This document shows positions 26,478 to 38,550 of a stretch of DNA of 64,000 nucleotides, in pieces. The position numbers and the translations under genes were made by a program. This DNA comes from Camelus ferus. Its lineage: Eukaryota. Where the stretch lies: positions 91,514,001 through 91,578,000 of the forward strand of contig NC_045697.1 in the NCBI RefSeq assembly GCF_009834535.1, written 5' to 3'. A model generated the notes under the pieces. That model was given only the letters and a program-made list of their open reading frames with translations. It made no database searches and was not told the DNA's origin. Positions within the stretch are counted from its first letter, which is position 1. Each line of letters starts with the position of its first letter.

Positions 26478-27275
26478 ACCATCATTCAAAAGTCCACAAA
26501 TTACAAATGCTGGAGAGGCTGTGGAGAAAGGGAACCCTCCTACTCTGCTGGTGGGAATGTACTTTGGTGCAGCCACTGTGAAGAACAGTATGGAGATTCC
26601 TCAAAAGACTAGGAATAGAATTACCATATGACCCAGGGATCCTGCTCCTGGGCATATATCCAGAAGGAACCCTACTTCAAAAAGACACCTGCACCCCAAT
26701 GTTCATAGCAGCACTATTTGCAATAGCCAAGACATGGAAACAGCCTAAATGTCCATCAACAGATGACTGGATAAAGAAGATGTGGTATATTTATACAATG
26801 GAATACTACTCAGCCATAAAAAAGACAACATAATGCCTTTTGCAGCAACATGGATGTCGCTTGAGAATGTCATTCTAAGTGAAGTAAGCCAGAAAGAGAA
26901 AGAAAAAATACCACATGAGTTCGCTCATATGTGGAATCTAAAAAAAAAAAAAAAAAAAAGAACACAAATACAGAACAGAAACAGACTCATACACATAGAA
27001 TACAAACTTGTGGTTGCCAAGGGGTAGGAGGGTGGGAAGGGACAGACTGGGAGTTCAAAATTTGTAGATATTGACAGGCATATGCAGAATAGATAAACAG
27101 GATTATACTGTATAGCACAGGGAAATATACACAAGATCTTGCGGTAGCTCACAGAGAAAAAAAATGTGACAATGAATATATGTATGTTCATGTATAACTG
27201 AAAAATTGTGCTCTACAGTGGAATTTGACACATTGTAAAATGACTATAATTCAATAAAAATGTTAAAAAAAAAAA
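26478..27275 (+). mobile_element. Young 5'-truncated L1, same subfamily as the 3422 element
   Basis: Near identity to 7159-7940; TSD aagaatagg[ct/tc]attcta at 26459-26475 and 27276-27292. Confidence 0.95.
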
Positions 27276-27709
27276 AAGAATAGGTCATTCTACGCACCTA
27301 GGCCAACTACTAACAGCAGGAAAAAAAGAGCTGCAAGAACTAATTTTTCTGACCCTATAAATTTTAATTCTCAGTCTTTCTTGGCTTGATCTTCAGGTTA
27401 CTGGAAGGCAAAAAATATTCTCCACATTTATTTTTCTCGTCCCTGCTACTAGAAGTGAAAAGAGTTGGAAAGATAAGGCTGTAACTATACATCTTCAGAA
27501 ATTAAAATCTGCTGAAATTCTCTTCCAGGACAAACCTCCACACTACAGAGAAACTGCAGAACAAAGTATCCAAATTAAGCAGGGATGGGCAAGAGACAAT
27601 GGAAAAGAAGGTCCAGAAAAGGCCAGAGCTCTCAGTAAGTGCAAGGTGATATTTTTATTTGCATCAAGAAAAGAAACATACAATAGAACACAGCAGCCAA
27701 CAAATATAC

Positions 27710-28145
27710 TATGAATGAACAATGTCCCCTGCAAATCAGTAAACAAAAGATGTGGGGGCCATCAGCCACTGCAGTCATCCCCAACTGTGCACCCTGAGGA
27801 AATTCAGGATGGAGAAAAGCAGGATACTGGCCGTAGATAGTTAAGGTGCATATCAAAGGAATGATTTCAATGAGTCCAGACTTTTGCATCTTCCCATTCA
27901 TAAAAGAGTGCAAAATTCATTAACTTGAGATGTCTGGTTCTTCTTTAATTAATAGTAATCTTTTGATGTTCCAACTACCTGGACTTGGTTGGAAAAACTC
28001 CTATATATCCTGGCTCCTCCCTTACCTCGTCAGAACAATCCCTCAGAGCTATCTGAGAGGCTGTCTCCCAGGTTAAGTCCTCAGTATGTCTGCTGAATAA
28101 AACGTAAGTCTCAAATTTTAGGCAGTACATTTTTTTCAATCGACA
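27710..28145 (+). mobile_element. ERV1-type solo LTR
   Basis: TATA-like ctatatat, cctcagagctatctgagaggctgtc, AATAAA, ends ...cgaCA. Confidence 0.7.
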
Positions 28146-28242
28146 GTACAAAATTCATTCTTTCAAGATCACATGAACATTTAAAACTCATAATTTGCTG
28201 ACAAAAGAGTAAGTCTCAATAACTGTCAAACGACTGTAACTC

Positions 28243-28764
28243 CATAGGAGAAGAATACACCACTCTAAAATATGCCTCTTTAGCATAAGTATTATTTTAG
28301 GCTCATTATTTTTAAGAAATAGCAGACATAGGAAAAACTCTGAAAACTGAGAAATTATCCTTTTGTAAATACTTTAACATTTATGAGAGAAAACTCCATT
28401 TATATTTCCCTTTCTATACCAGAAAGAGAAAGAGGACTCTAACAATAGGGAAGGCAACAACTTAAATCTGCATAACAACCTCACCCTCATTTACTGGTCT
28501 TTTCCTGGTAACTTCTCATAACTGCCTACTCTTTCCCCACTAACATCTTCTTTTGTCTTTAGCTGAAGATGTTATTTAAGATTGTAATCTTCAGCCAAGG
28601 AAAGAGTTTTTCTCAGGTTTCCTGGACCTCTCTAATGCATACAGAATGTATACATGTTACTAAACTTGTTTTTTCTCCTGTTCATCTGTCTTTTATGGGG
28701 GAGAGAGGGGAGGTTCAGGTAAGAACCTAGGAGGGTAGAGGAAAATTATTTTTCTTCCCCTACA
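28243..28764 (+). mobile_element. MER34/LTR39-like ERV1 solo LTR
   Basis: ccactctaaaatatgcctcttt near start; gaacctaggagggtagaggaaaattatttttcttcccctaCA end. Confidence 0.7.
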
Positions 28765-28769
28765 AAGCC

Positions 28770-31700
28770 AAAGACAGTGTATTACCTGATAATAGTGCAA
28801 TTTGGCTAGAATCAAGAAATTAAAAAATAAAGATCTCCATACATTATGAAGTTAAGAAATTTCTTTTCAATAACTCACTGGTCTCAGGAGGAATTGCAAA
28901 ACAAATCTGAAAGTATTTTGAACTGAATGATAGTGAAAATGTAGTACCTCGGAACTTCTTAAAGAGGAAAAAACTGCACAGCCAAGAAAACCATCAATAA
29001 AATGAAAAGACAGCCAACTGAAAATAATTGCAAATAATGTACTTGATAAGGGGCTAATATCCAAAATACAAAAAACTCATACAACTCAGTAGCTAAAACA
29101 AACAATCCAATTAAAAAATGGACAGATTATCTGAATAGACATTTTTCCAAAGACATGCAGATGGCCAACAGACACATGAAAAGATACTTAACATCATTAA
29201 TTATCAGGAAAATGTAAATCAAAACCACAATAAGATATCACCTTATTCCTGTTAGAATGGCTATTATCAAAAAGACAAGAAATAACAAGTGTTGGTGAGG
29301 ACATGGAAATGTATACTGTTGGTAGGAATGTAAACTGATGCAACTACTATGAAAAACAGTATGTAGGTCCTCAAAAAATTAAAAATAGAACCACCATATG
29401 ACCCAGCAATTCCACTTTTGAGTATTTACCCAAAGAAAATGAAAACACTAACTTGAAAAGATATATGCACCCCCATGTTCACTGCATCATTATTTACAAC
29501 AGCCAAGATATGGAAACAACCTAAGGGTCCATTGTTGGATGAATGGATAAAGAAACTATGGTATGTATACAATGGAATATTACTCAGCCATAAAAAATAA
29601 TTTGCCACCTGTGACAATATGGATGGACCTCAAGAGCATTAGCTAAATGAAATAAGTAACAGAAAGACATGATTTCTCTTACATGATTCCACATGTTAAA
29701 AAAAAAAAAAAGAAAAAAAGAAAAGAAAGAAAGGGAGGGGAAGGGAAGAGAAGGGAAGGGAAAGAGTAAAAGGAAGGAAAGGGAATGAAGGAACCAAGCT
29801 CATCAATTCAGAAAACAGATTGGTTGGGGTAAGAAGTGGAGGGTGGGGGCAGGGAGATGGATGAACTGGATCTTTTTAAAAAAATAAACTTAGAATAAAG
29901 TTTTTTTAAAAAGAAAAAAAGACATGAAACCTTCTTGAAAGCAATGAAAGAAAAACCAATTGAGATATATTCCTTGCTCATGATCAAAAGCCACAATATT
30001 ATTAAGATGTCAATGCTTCTTTTTTTCTGGATATTTCTTTTTTTTAAATTTACATATATGTACTGTTCATTGTTTCTAAGAACAGTTCCGAGCTTTAGCT
30101 TTTTAAACTTACATAGTTATCAAAGGAATAAAGCCAACCACAAGATAAGAATAGAATCAATGCTTCTTAAAATGATTTACAGATCCAGTGCAAGCCCAAT
30201 AAAAAAATCTCAGCAAGCCATTTTGTAGATATCAACAAACTTGTTTAAACACGGCATTGAGTAGTCTAGACAACACCGATGAAGAAGTTAATGAACTCAC
30301 ATTTTCCAATTTCAAGATTTACTATAAACCTAAAATAATCAAGAGAGAACAGAATGTTAAACAAACAGACAAATAACAGATAAATGGAACACAATAGAGA
30401 CTCTACTAACAGATCTATGCAAATACAGACAACTTGACCTTGGTCAAAGGAATAAAGGAACATCAACACAGAAAAGATCAACTTTTAGTCTTTAGTCATC
30501 TTCAACAAATGATGATGCTACAAACGGATGACCATAAGGAAATAAATAAAGACAAAAACTCTGCCCCTTAGACATCAGTTCACTCAAAATCATTCATTCA
30601 TTTTATATTTAAGACAATTAATCATTGTCTTAAATATAAAAAAAAAAAAGACTACAAAAATGACAGTAGGCGAAAATCTACGTGAGTTATAGTTTGATAA
30701 TTAGTTTTCACACACAACACAAAAAGCACAATCCAGGAAAGAAAAACATTGATAACATGTACTTTATTAAATTTAAAATGTCCACTCTGTGAAAGACAAT
30801 GTTCAAAGAATGGTAAGACAAGCCCCTAACTAGGAGAATATGCCTTCAAAACACATAAATGAAGAAAGATTTGCATGCAAAATACTCTAAGAACTAGAAA
30901 ATCTCCACAATAAGAAAACAAACCCAAATTAAAACAAATAGGTCAACATGAGTATTACCTTACTGAAAATTATACATAAATGTGAACTAAGTATGTATAA
31001 ATTGATCAACATTGGGGAATTACTGGAAAAGGATATGCATTGTGCATTATGGAGAAGTAAATTAAAATACCAATGAGATACCCTACTCAAAAAATAAAAA
31101 TAAAAAATAAAATGAAATATGGCGGAAATGTAATGAGAATAGCTAATACATTTGCCAAAGAAGAACAGAGGGGAAGACTTGTTCAACAAGATACCAAGAT
31201 TTATTTTAAAGCTATAGTCATTTAGATTGGGTGATAGTCATATAAGGATGAACAAAACTGACCAATTGAAGAGAATCCAGAATCCAGGAAAATACATATA
31301 TATATTGTGATCAAAGGGGCACTCCAGAGCTGTGAGGGGGGAAGGACTTTTTGTAAGTGGTTCTGGGTCAACTGGATATCCTCACGGAAAAGAACAAAAC
31401 ATCATCCATAAAAATCAATTCTATGTGAATTGGCAATCTAACTGTGGATGCCAAAACAATACATTCTAGATGAGAACAGAGAGTATCTTTATAGCCTTAC
31501 AGGAGAAAAAGGTATTTTTAAATCAAAACACAAAAAGCACTAACCATAAAAGAAAAATATGATAAACTGGACCACATTAAAATTAAGAACTTCTGATCAT
31601 CAAAAAAGAGACTGTTAAGAGAGTAAAAATGCTAGCTACAAACATGGAGAAGATATTTCTAACACATATAACTGACAAAGGGCTTATTTCTAGAATATAC

Positions 31701-32480
31701 AAAGAACGTTTATCAATTAGAAGGCAGACACTCCTAAAAGCAAGACTTGAATGAGTACTTCACAAAAAGTTTACTCAGGTGGTCAATAAACATAGAAAAG
31801 CTGCTCAACCTCAGATATCAGGAAAATACAAACTAAAATTATAATAAAGAGCTAAGATTAAAAAACAAATGTTGACAACATGGAATAAAGAAAGCTCCCA
31901 TACACTGCTAGTCAGAGTGTAAATTAGTACAACTTTAAGATTAAACAAACACATAATTCCTAGGAATATACCCAACCAAAATGTGGGCACTTGAGCTCTA
32001 AAGGACATGACAAAATATATTGATAAAAACACTATTTTCAATGGCCCCCCAAACTGGAAACAACTGAAAATATCAAAAGAAAAATGGATAAAAGTGATAA
32101 ATTTATAAACTGATTATTCTACAGCAATGAAAATGAGCATATTACATCTACAAGCAAGAATATGAATAAATCTCAAAAACGTAATACTGAATGAAAGAAG
32201 CCAAACATGGAAGGATACACAATTTATGATTCTGTTTATGATTCCATTTATATAAATTTCAAACAGAGGCAAAACTAAATCACAGGGTAAAATTAAAAAT
32301 ACTGGTTATCTTTGAGTATCTTGGGAGATGGGGGAGAGGTTATGATTACAAGAGGGCTTCTAAGGTCTTAGCAACATTTTATTTTTTGATCTGGGTTGTG
32401 GTTAAGAGTTTTGAGATTTGTAACAATTCTATTAGTTTTATATTTGTTTTCTCTACTTTTCTGCATATGTTATATATAAG
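28770..32480 (+). mobile_element. Cluster of older L1 ORF2/3' fragments (best preserved 28960-29880)
   Basis: aaaaccacaataagatatcacc, gacccagcaattccactttt, tacaatggaatattactcagccataaaa motifs. Confidence 0.8.
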
Positions 32481-32999
32481 CAAATATACATATATATGCA
32501 CAAATACATTAACTATATATATCAATAAACAAACATATATCACGTACACACAGATAGTGTACATATTCTACATTGTTACCTTCAGATAAGTTTCTTCCTT
32601 GAAAGCACACATAATTTAGTGGAGAAATATGACAGATACACGTGAGTCTGATAAAGGAATAAGTAATTATAAAAATAATTTAAATAATTTTTAACTTTTT
32701 ATTGAGTTTAAAAGGAATTATCCTTTTTTGTTATCCTCAGAACTTTTAAGAAAGTTGCTCGACACAGCTCTAAAATTAGGATCTAGTTTCTGCTTATTAC
32801 TCTTCAGTCTCAAAAGGAGACTGGAGATATGGTCAGGGATATAATAATTCCAATACAAACTACTACTTTTTCTGATACATTTTTCAAATAAGAAGAAATA
32901 CTAAATCTGAGTTCTCAGTAATTAAACAAGGTTAAGAAGTCAATTGTGCATTAATGAAGAAAACAAAATCTTCATACACTGACTTTAATCAGCAGAGTT

Positions 33000-34110
33000 T
33001 TACTGTAATTTAAATCTAGTATTTCCTTTATTCAACAAGCACTTATCTCATTGTTTAATTTGCGTTTTCTGAATTACTGATGAGATTGACACCTTTTCAT
33101 ATTTTTAGTAGCTCTCCAGGATTTTATTTTTTGTAAATGGCCTCTCCAGGTTTTATTTTTTTTTTGTAAAAAAACCATTTTTCTATTAGTATGAATGTGT
33201 TTTTGTTTGTGAAAGATCTCTTTAAATTCTGGATGGTAATCAACTCTTGGTCATGTTTACTGTAAATATATTCTCCCTTTCTGTGGATGGGCTAGTCATT
33301 ATATTGATGATGTTGTGATATCCAAGTTTTTATTTCTAGTGTAATCTATTCATACATATTTTCCTTTCAGTCAAAAATGTTTATTGAAGAAATCTTCTAT
33401 CCTGAGATCATAAAGACACCCTGTTAAATTTTTTTCTGTAAGTTTAAGAGAATTTATTCCTTCAATCAACCTGGAGATGATTTTTCTATATGGCGTGAGA
33501 AAGATGTCAGAAAGATATCTTTATTATTTTTACTATCTCATTTGGAAAGCCAATTATCCTAGCATCATTTGCTGAACAGTCTAGATTTGTGTTGTTTGTT
33601 CTTTCAGATGTTCGTGGATACGTGTGTTTGTTTCTGTGCTAACTGATCTATATATTTAACTGCCAATATAATATTGATTTAAAAATTGTATGTTTATAAT
33701 AAGTCTTAATAGTAAAATAAAATTTCCCATCTTGATGTTCTTTAAAACCCTTTTGGTTATTCTTAGCTCTTCCACATAGATTTTAGAACCATGTTGTCAA
33801 AACTAGGTTTGGCATTGCATTCAATCTACTCATTAATTTATGAGATAACTGACACATTTATGTCTACTATATTGAGCGCTCAAATTCATAAATTTGATGT
33901 TTCTCCATTAATCTAGGTCTTCTCTTATGTATTTAATTTTCTAATAATTTTATAACTACCCTTTCGTTGCTAGGATGAACCCAATATGAAGATGACTGTA
34001 TGTTTATATAGGTATCTATACACAATTTATATTCATTGCTGGATTCAACTTATTAATATTTTATTTAAGATTTTAGTTTCTATGTGCATAAGTGAAACAG
34101 GCTTATAAGT
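33000..34110 (-). mobile_element. Ancient L1 fragments
   Basis: T-rich, degenerate ORF2 reverse motifs. Confidence 0.55.
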
Positions 34111-34134
34111 TTTCTTTCATGCAAGTGTCTTTGC

Positions 34135-34225
34135 CGGGTAGTAGTTAAGAACAGACACTGGAACTTGACTGCCTGGGTTCAAGTCCCAGCTCAGTTACTT
34201 ACTAGCTATGAATTAACCTTGAATT
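34135..34225 (+). mobile_element. MIR SINE 5' part
   Basis: gactgcctgggttcaagtcccagctcagttacttactagctatg. Confidence 0.75.
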
Positions 34226-34529
34226 TGTGGTGGTACTTATCTAGGAGGTTTTTATCTATGGTTATTAACAGTTGGGTATGAGAACTGAAAGGCAACTAGG
34301 TATAAGGTGTTACTGGACATGTGCTACAGAAAAGCAGGGGCATAGTCATACTACTAACAAGAAAGCAGATGGACCAGTGGGCAACTGTTACAGTCTGTGT
34401 AAGAAAGTAGTAAAACACAAGCTGGGAAAGAGTTAAGGAAATGGTAGAAAATGAAGGGTTCAACAAATAGAGGTCTTGATGAAGTCAAAGAACAGTTACA
34501 GTGGGAGTAAGATATTTGTGTTTCAAAAG

Positions 34530-35330
34530 GAGGTCAATTTGAATAGGATTTTCACGCTCAAGATAAAGTTAACAAGAACCACTTTCCCACCTGACACAAC
34601 CAAAAAACAAACAATTGAAACAAGGGTTTGCAAGACAGGAGACATCAGACAATGATAATGACAGACACAAAACAAATGAGATGAGCCCTAAGGATCACCC
34701 CAGCTTAATGACCTGAGAGACATTTCAGGCCGTAGAACAGAGGGGGAAAATGCAGCAGAGATCAGCAGACTCTCCGAGTTAAGGAGACGAAGTTGAGACT
34801 CAGTGGAAAACAATTAAACTAGAATTGGCAGGGCAAAGAATAAGAGAGAAAGCTGCACAGAGAGAGAACTCCATATATGTACCACCTGTAAAGGGTCTTT
34901 CTTGCACAACAGAGTACTGAATAACTCTCTATTAAAGAAGTTGAATCTGTAGTTTAAAATCTTCCTACAAAGGGAACCAATTGGCTTCACCGGTAAATTC
35001 TACCAACATTTAAGGAAGAAATAATACCAATTCTACACAAATGTATCCCAGAAAACTGAAGAGGGCAAAATATTTTCCATTAAGCCAACATTACCTGATA
35101 CCAAAACCAGAAAAAGACATAAGAAAAAAAAATTTAATGTAAAATCTAAAACTACAAAACTTGTAGAAAAGCGCACAGAGGTAAATCTTTACAGCCCTGG
35201 GTAAGGTAAAAATTTCTTATATATGGCACATTCATTAAAGAATAAATTGATGAATTGAACTTCATTAAAATTAAAAACTTCTGCTCTGTAAAAGACACTC
35301 TTAAGAGAATAAAAAGGAAAACAAAAGAGT
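34530..35330 (+). mobile_element. Old L1 fragments
   Basis: ggcttcaccggtaaattctaccaacatttaaggaagaaataataccaattct = ORF2 GFTGKFYQ.FKEEIIPIL. Confidence 0.7.
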
Positions 35331-36089
35331 CCATCCCCAATGCTCATAATCCCCACTACAAGAATAAATTCTTCATTCCTTAGTTTGATATACAAGTCTC
35401 TCTTCGAACAGGTCCCTAAGGACTATCAGATCTCACTTCCCAGATGGAGAGGGAAGAATGGTGTCCTGCAAATGCTAGAACAAATGAAAAGAGGCTCAAA
35501 AAGGAATAGAAGTCAACGCAGAGAATACACAGGTAGGTGGGAGAAAGGCAATCGATCTATATTTACCTGAGCTGGTGTTTAGCAGGTCAACTAATGTGGA
35601 GGTCATCCACTAGCTGTAACTGGCATGTGAGATCCAGTTAAAGGAAAAAGGGGGAGGTTCACAGACATCCAAAACTCATTATCATCTCTTCATGAAAATC
35701 TTACCATTCTGTACTCCAATTTCCTGAATAAGCAGTTATTTTAAGCCTCCAAGCCTTTGTTTCTTCCGCTCCCTCCATGTAAGGACTCCCTTCTTCCACT
35801 CATTTGTCTTCTGGTGAACTACCACTCATTTTTCAAAAAATAATTTACAATGCTTCTACCATTCTCTCTGGTATTTGGATTTCAGTTTTAAGAATTCTGG
35901 CTGATGCATTCCTCTGAAACATAGTTTTTACTCCCCACCCCAACCAAACTCCTCAGCACCAATTCTCCCACACCACACAGATGGTGGCCAGTTAATCCTC
36001 TTTATTGGAAAAGGGTATTTCCATTTCAAACCTAAGAAACCTAAGAAATAATCCTAATGTTACCAATATAGGGTCATTAATGATTTTAG

Positions 36090-36330
36090 ATAATATACAC
36101 TGTGCACTTAATATGTGCTAAGCACCATCCTAAGTGCTTTATTTGCATCATCTTAATCCTCACAATAAACCCTTAAGGGTTGTTGTGCTATTATACCCAT
36201 TTTACAAATGAGAAAACAGACACGGAGAAGCAGCTAAGTAACTTGCCCAAGGTCAAAGACCTGGAAAGAGACAAAGCTAAAATATGAGCCCAGGCTGACT
36301 GAATCCAGAGGTTAAGTTCTTAACCACTGG
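36090..36330 (-). mobile_element. MIR SINE
   Basis: cccattttacaaatgagaaaacaga...taagtaacttgcccaaggtca. Confidence 0.85.
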
Positions 36331-37489
36331 CCTATAATGCTTCCAAAATGGAACTTACTACTTTTTTCCTACTCCCCCTGTTCCTCAAGCAAGCCAAAAA
36401 CCTGAGGTGTCCTCTACCTCTTTTGTAAAATCCCTCATCTCCAGTTTCTCTGTACCTACCTTAGTTTACTTCTTACCTGGATAATGACAACAGTCACCTA
36501 ACTGCACTCTGCTATAACGCGTGTTCCTCATAAAAACCAGCTGGGCTTTTCAAATAAATCACAATCTGATCAAGTTACTCAACTGAATTCCTTTCAGTGA
36601 TTCCTAAAACCTGTGCAAAGGTCCAAACTCCTTAACACACAGCAGAGGAGGCCCTTCACCATCTAGCCGAATTCTTCCCTTTCAGCTCCACATGCCAGTT
36701 TCCTATATACACCATATTCCATTCAAGCCAACGTTCTTTCAAATTTTTTACAAAGCATATTCCTAATCCCTTCAGTGTTGCAAATAGTGTTGTCTGCTTA
36801 CACAGTTCTTTACCTAGTAAATTCATATTAGTATTTCAAGTTTCAGCACAAATGGCACCTTCCTTGACCACAGTAAATTATAACCCTGTAATTGTTAATA
36901 TTTGTTTAGCCCTATGTGTCGGACACTATGATAAATCCTTTATATATTTTAACACTCATTTAATCATTCCAACAACCCTGTGAGGAAACTGAGGCAAAAA
37001 AGGTTAGTCGTTGCTACCACTTCAGCATATATATGGAATTTACAGATTTTCCTCCTCAAATTAAATTCTTGGAGGATAGAACAGTCCTCCTTACTGTGTA
37101 GTATCTATGCTTGTATAGCGCTTGGCACGTAACAGAAACAGGAAGCGCTCAATAAACAATCTTTGAACAAATGGCCAGAGCTGTGCTTCTAGGTTCTAAC
37201 TGCAGCTGGAAACTATTCTGGCCATTAGCCCTCTAATTTCTCCAGAGCATGCGAGGAGCATAACAAACATGCCTGTAACAGAGTACCATATAAGCGTAAG
37301 GAACCTGTATTTACCAAACGGTTTTAAAGTGTATACACATCCTCATATATACCACCAAGCTTTTTCTGCAGCTTTTTAAAGTTTTTGCAAATTTTTAGGC
37401 ACCAAACAGGCACTCAGAAAACATTAGTTAACAATGACGATATTAAACATTACATTTAAGAATTCTCAATCAAGGAATATAGAGCTTAC

Positions 37490-37523
37490 TTTGTTCTCGC
37501 GGGAAGTCGATTTCTGTGTCTAT
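37490..37523 (-). CDS. SCLT1: SCLT1 exon 1, ancestral coding part (34 nt): ATA GAC ACA GAA ATC GAC TTC CCG CGA GAA CAA A = IDTEIDFPREQ; ATG replaced by ATA, so possibly now 5'UTR
   Basis: Aligns with recalled human MAAEIDFLREQ; donor GTAAG at 37489-37485; phase 1 joins exon 2 in frame. Confidence 0.7.
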
Positions 37524-37579
37524 TTGGATACAATTTTAGTTTGGAGCATTCACCACCTTTTCTCAAAAAGACACAAACC

Positions 37580-38550
37580 TCGCTGTGCGGGAAAACAAAA
37601 GTAAGGCAACGCTTCGGAGGTTGTTTGGCACTAGAGCAGTGTAATTAGCATCCTACTCACGCGGCGTCAATAGCCCCGCGGCGTCTCCTTCCCCAGAGTC
37701 CCAGCCGAACCCCTCGCTCAAAAGACACTACAAATTTCTGGTTTGCTGGGGACCCGCCACGTGAATTCTGTTCCACGTTCACTCGAATCTCAGCCAGGTG
37801 GGAAGAGGGACGCGGGTGGATATATGCGTCCCGCGGGTCACTCGGGGTCGTGTCGAGCCACTCAGGAGAGCGCCGAGGAAGCCGGCGGGCAGCCCGGTGG
37901 CGGCGTCCTTGGCAGAACGACGAGCGACTTCAGGACGGCCGGGAAGCCCGAGGCCAGCAGCGGAAGTCCACTCGGCCCGCCCTGCGACTTTGAAACCGGT
38001 GCCCCAGACCGCTCCTTGGAGACAGTGACGCCGCCTGCGCCATCACGCTGGCGTCAGCGCTTGCGTCGCCGCACTTCCTGGAGTTCTCTCACACTATTGG
38101 CTACCTGCAAAGCGAGGGGCGGAGCTGTGGGAACCTGGATGACAGCCTGTTTAGCCACCTGTGTGGTAGCCGGCAAGCTGGGGCGGGGGGGGGGGGTAAT
38201 TTTTTTCCCTTTTATTCTTTTTTTTTTTTTTAAAGAAGCCCTCCCAAATGTAAACATAGGTAAGGCATTAAATATATACTTTAAATTCCCCAGTATCTTT
38301 GTTACCTAGCACTTCAGACTGGGAGAACCCGCTGGCCAAAGCGGGTGGGTGGAAAGCACGCAGCTTTCTGCGTCTGGGGTTGGAACCCAGACTGGCGTCT
38401 TCAGAGTCTACATCCAAGGCTGTCCCTCTGGAGGATTTCTGGGTATGAATTTAGTTATCTCCTTATCCCGAGTCCCAGCCGAGTCCCTCGCTCAGGGTAG
38501 AAACTTCAGATTTCGGGTTTGCTGGGGACCCGCCAAGTGAATTCTGTTCA
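37580..38550. promoter_or_regulatory. CpG island / bidirectional promoter of SCLT1 (-) and C4orf33 (+)
   Basis: GC/CpG-rich island in AT-rich DNA; ETS-type sites (GCGGAAGT ~37959, CACTTCCTGG ~38071), inverted TGACG/CGTCA half-CRE pair (~38026-38056), ATTGG (38096), GC box GGGGCGGAG (~38116). Confidence 0.85.
38100..38259 (+). other. C4orf33: Candidate upstream non-coding first exon of C4orf33 (5' boundary uncertain)
   Basis: Strong donor TAG|GTAAGG at 38260 just downstream of the promoter motifs. Confidence 0.4.

Noticed and set aside
29696..29790. Purine-only GA-rich tract
   Set aside because: Simple-repeat expansion of the A-rich linker within an L1 3' end
33112..33170. Small tandem duplications (also 25442-25468, 42172-42206, 43067-43095)
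   Set aside because: Ordinary two-copy slippage events; no spacer-repeat array, so not CRISPR-like
37743..38309. 188-aa plus-strand ORF and overlapping ORFs over the CpG island
   Set aside because: Non-ATG start, GC-rich stop-poor DNA, runs through homopolymers, no recognisable protein
38301..38313. RFX X-box-like GTTACCTAGCAC near a ciliary gene promoter
   Set aside because: Second half-site deviates from RGYAAC; cannot be supported without conservation or ChIP data
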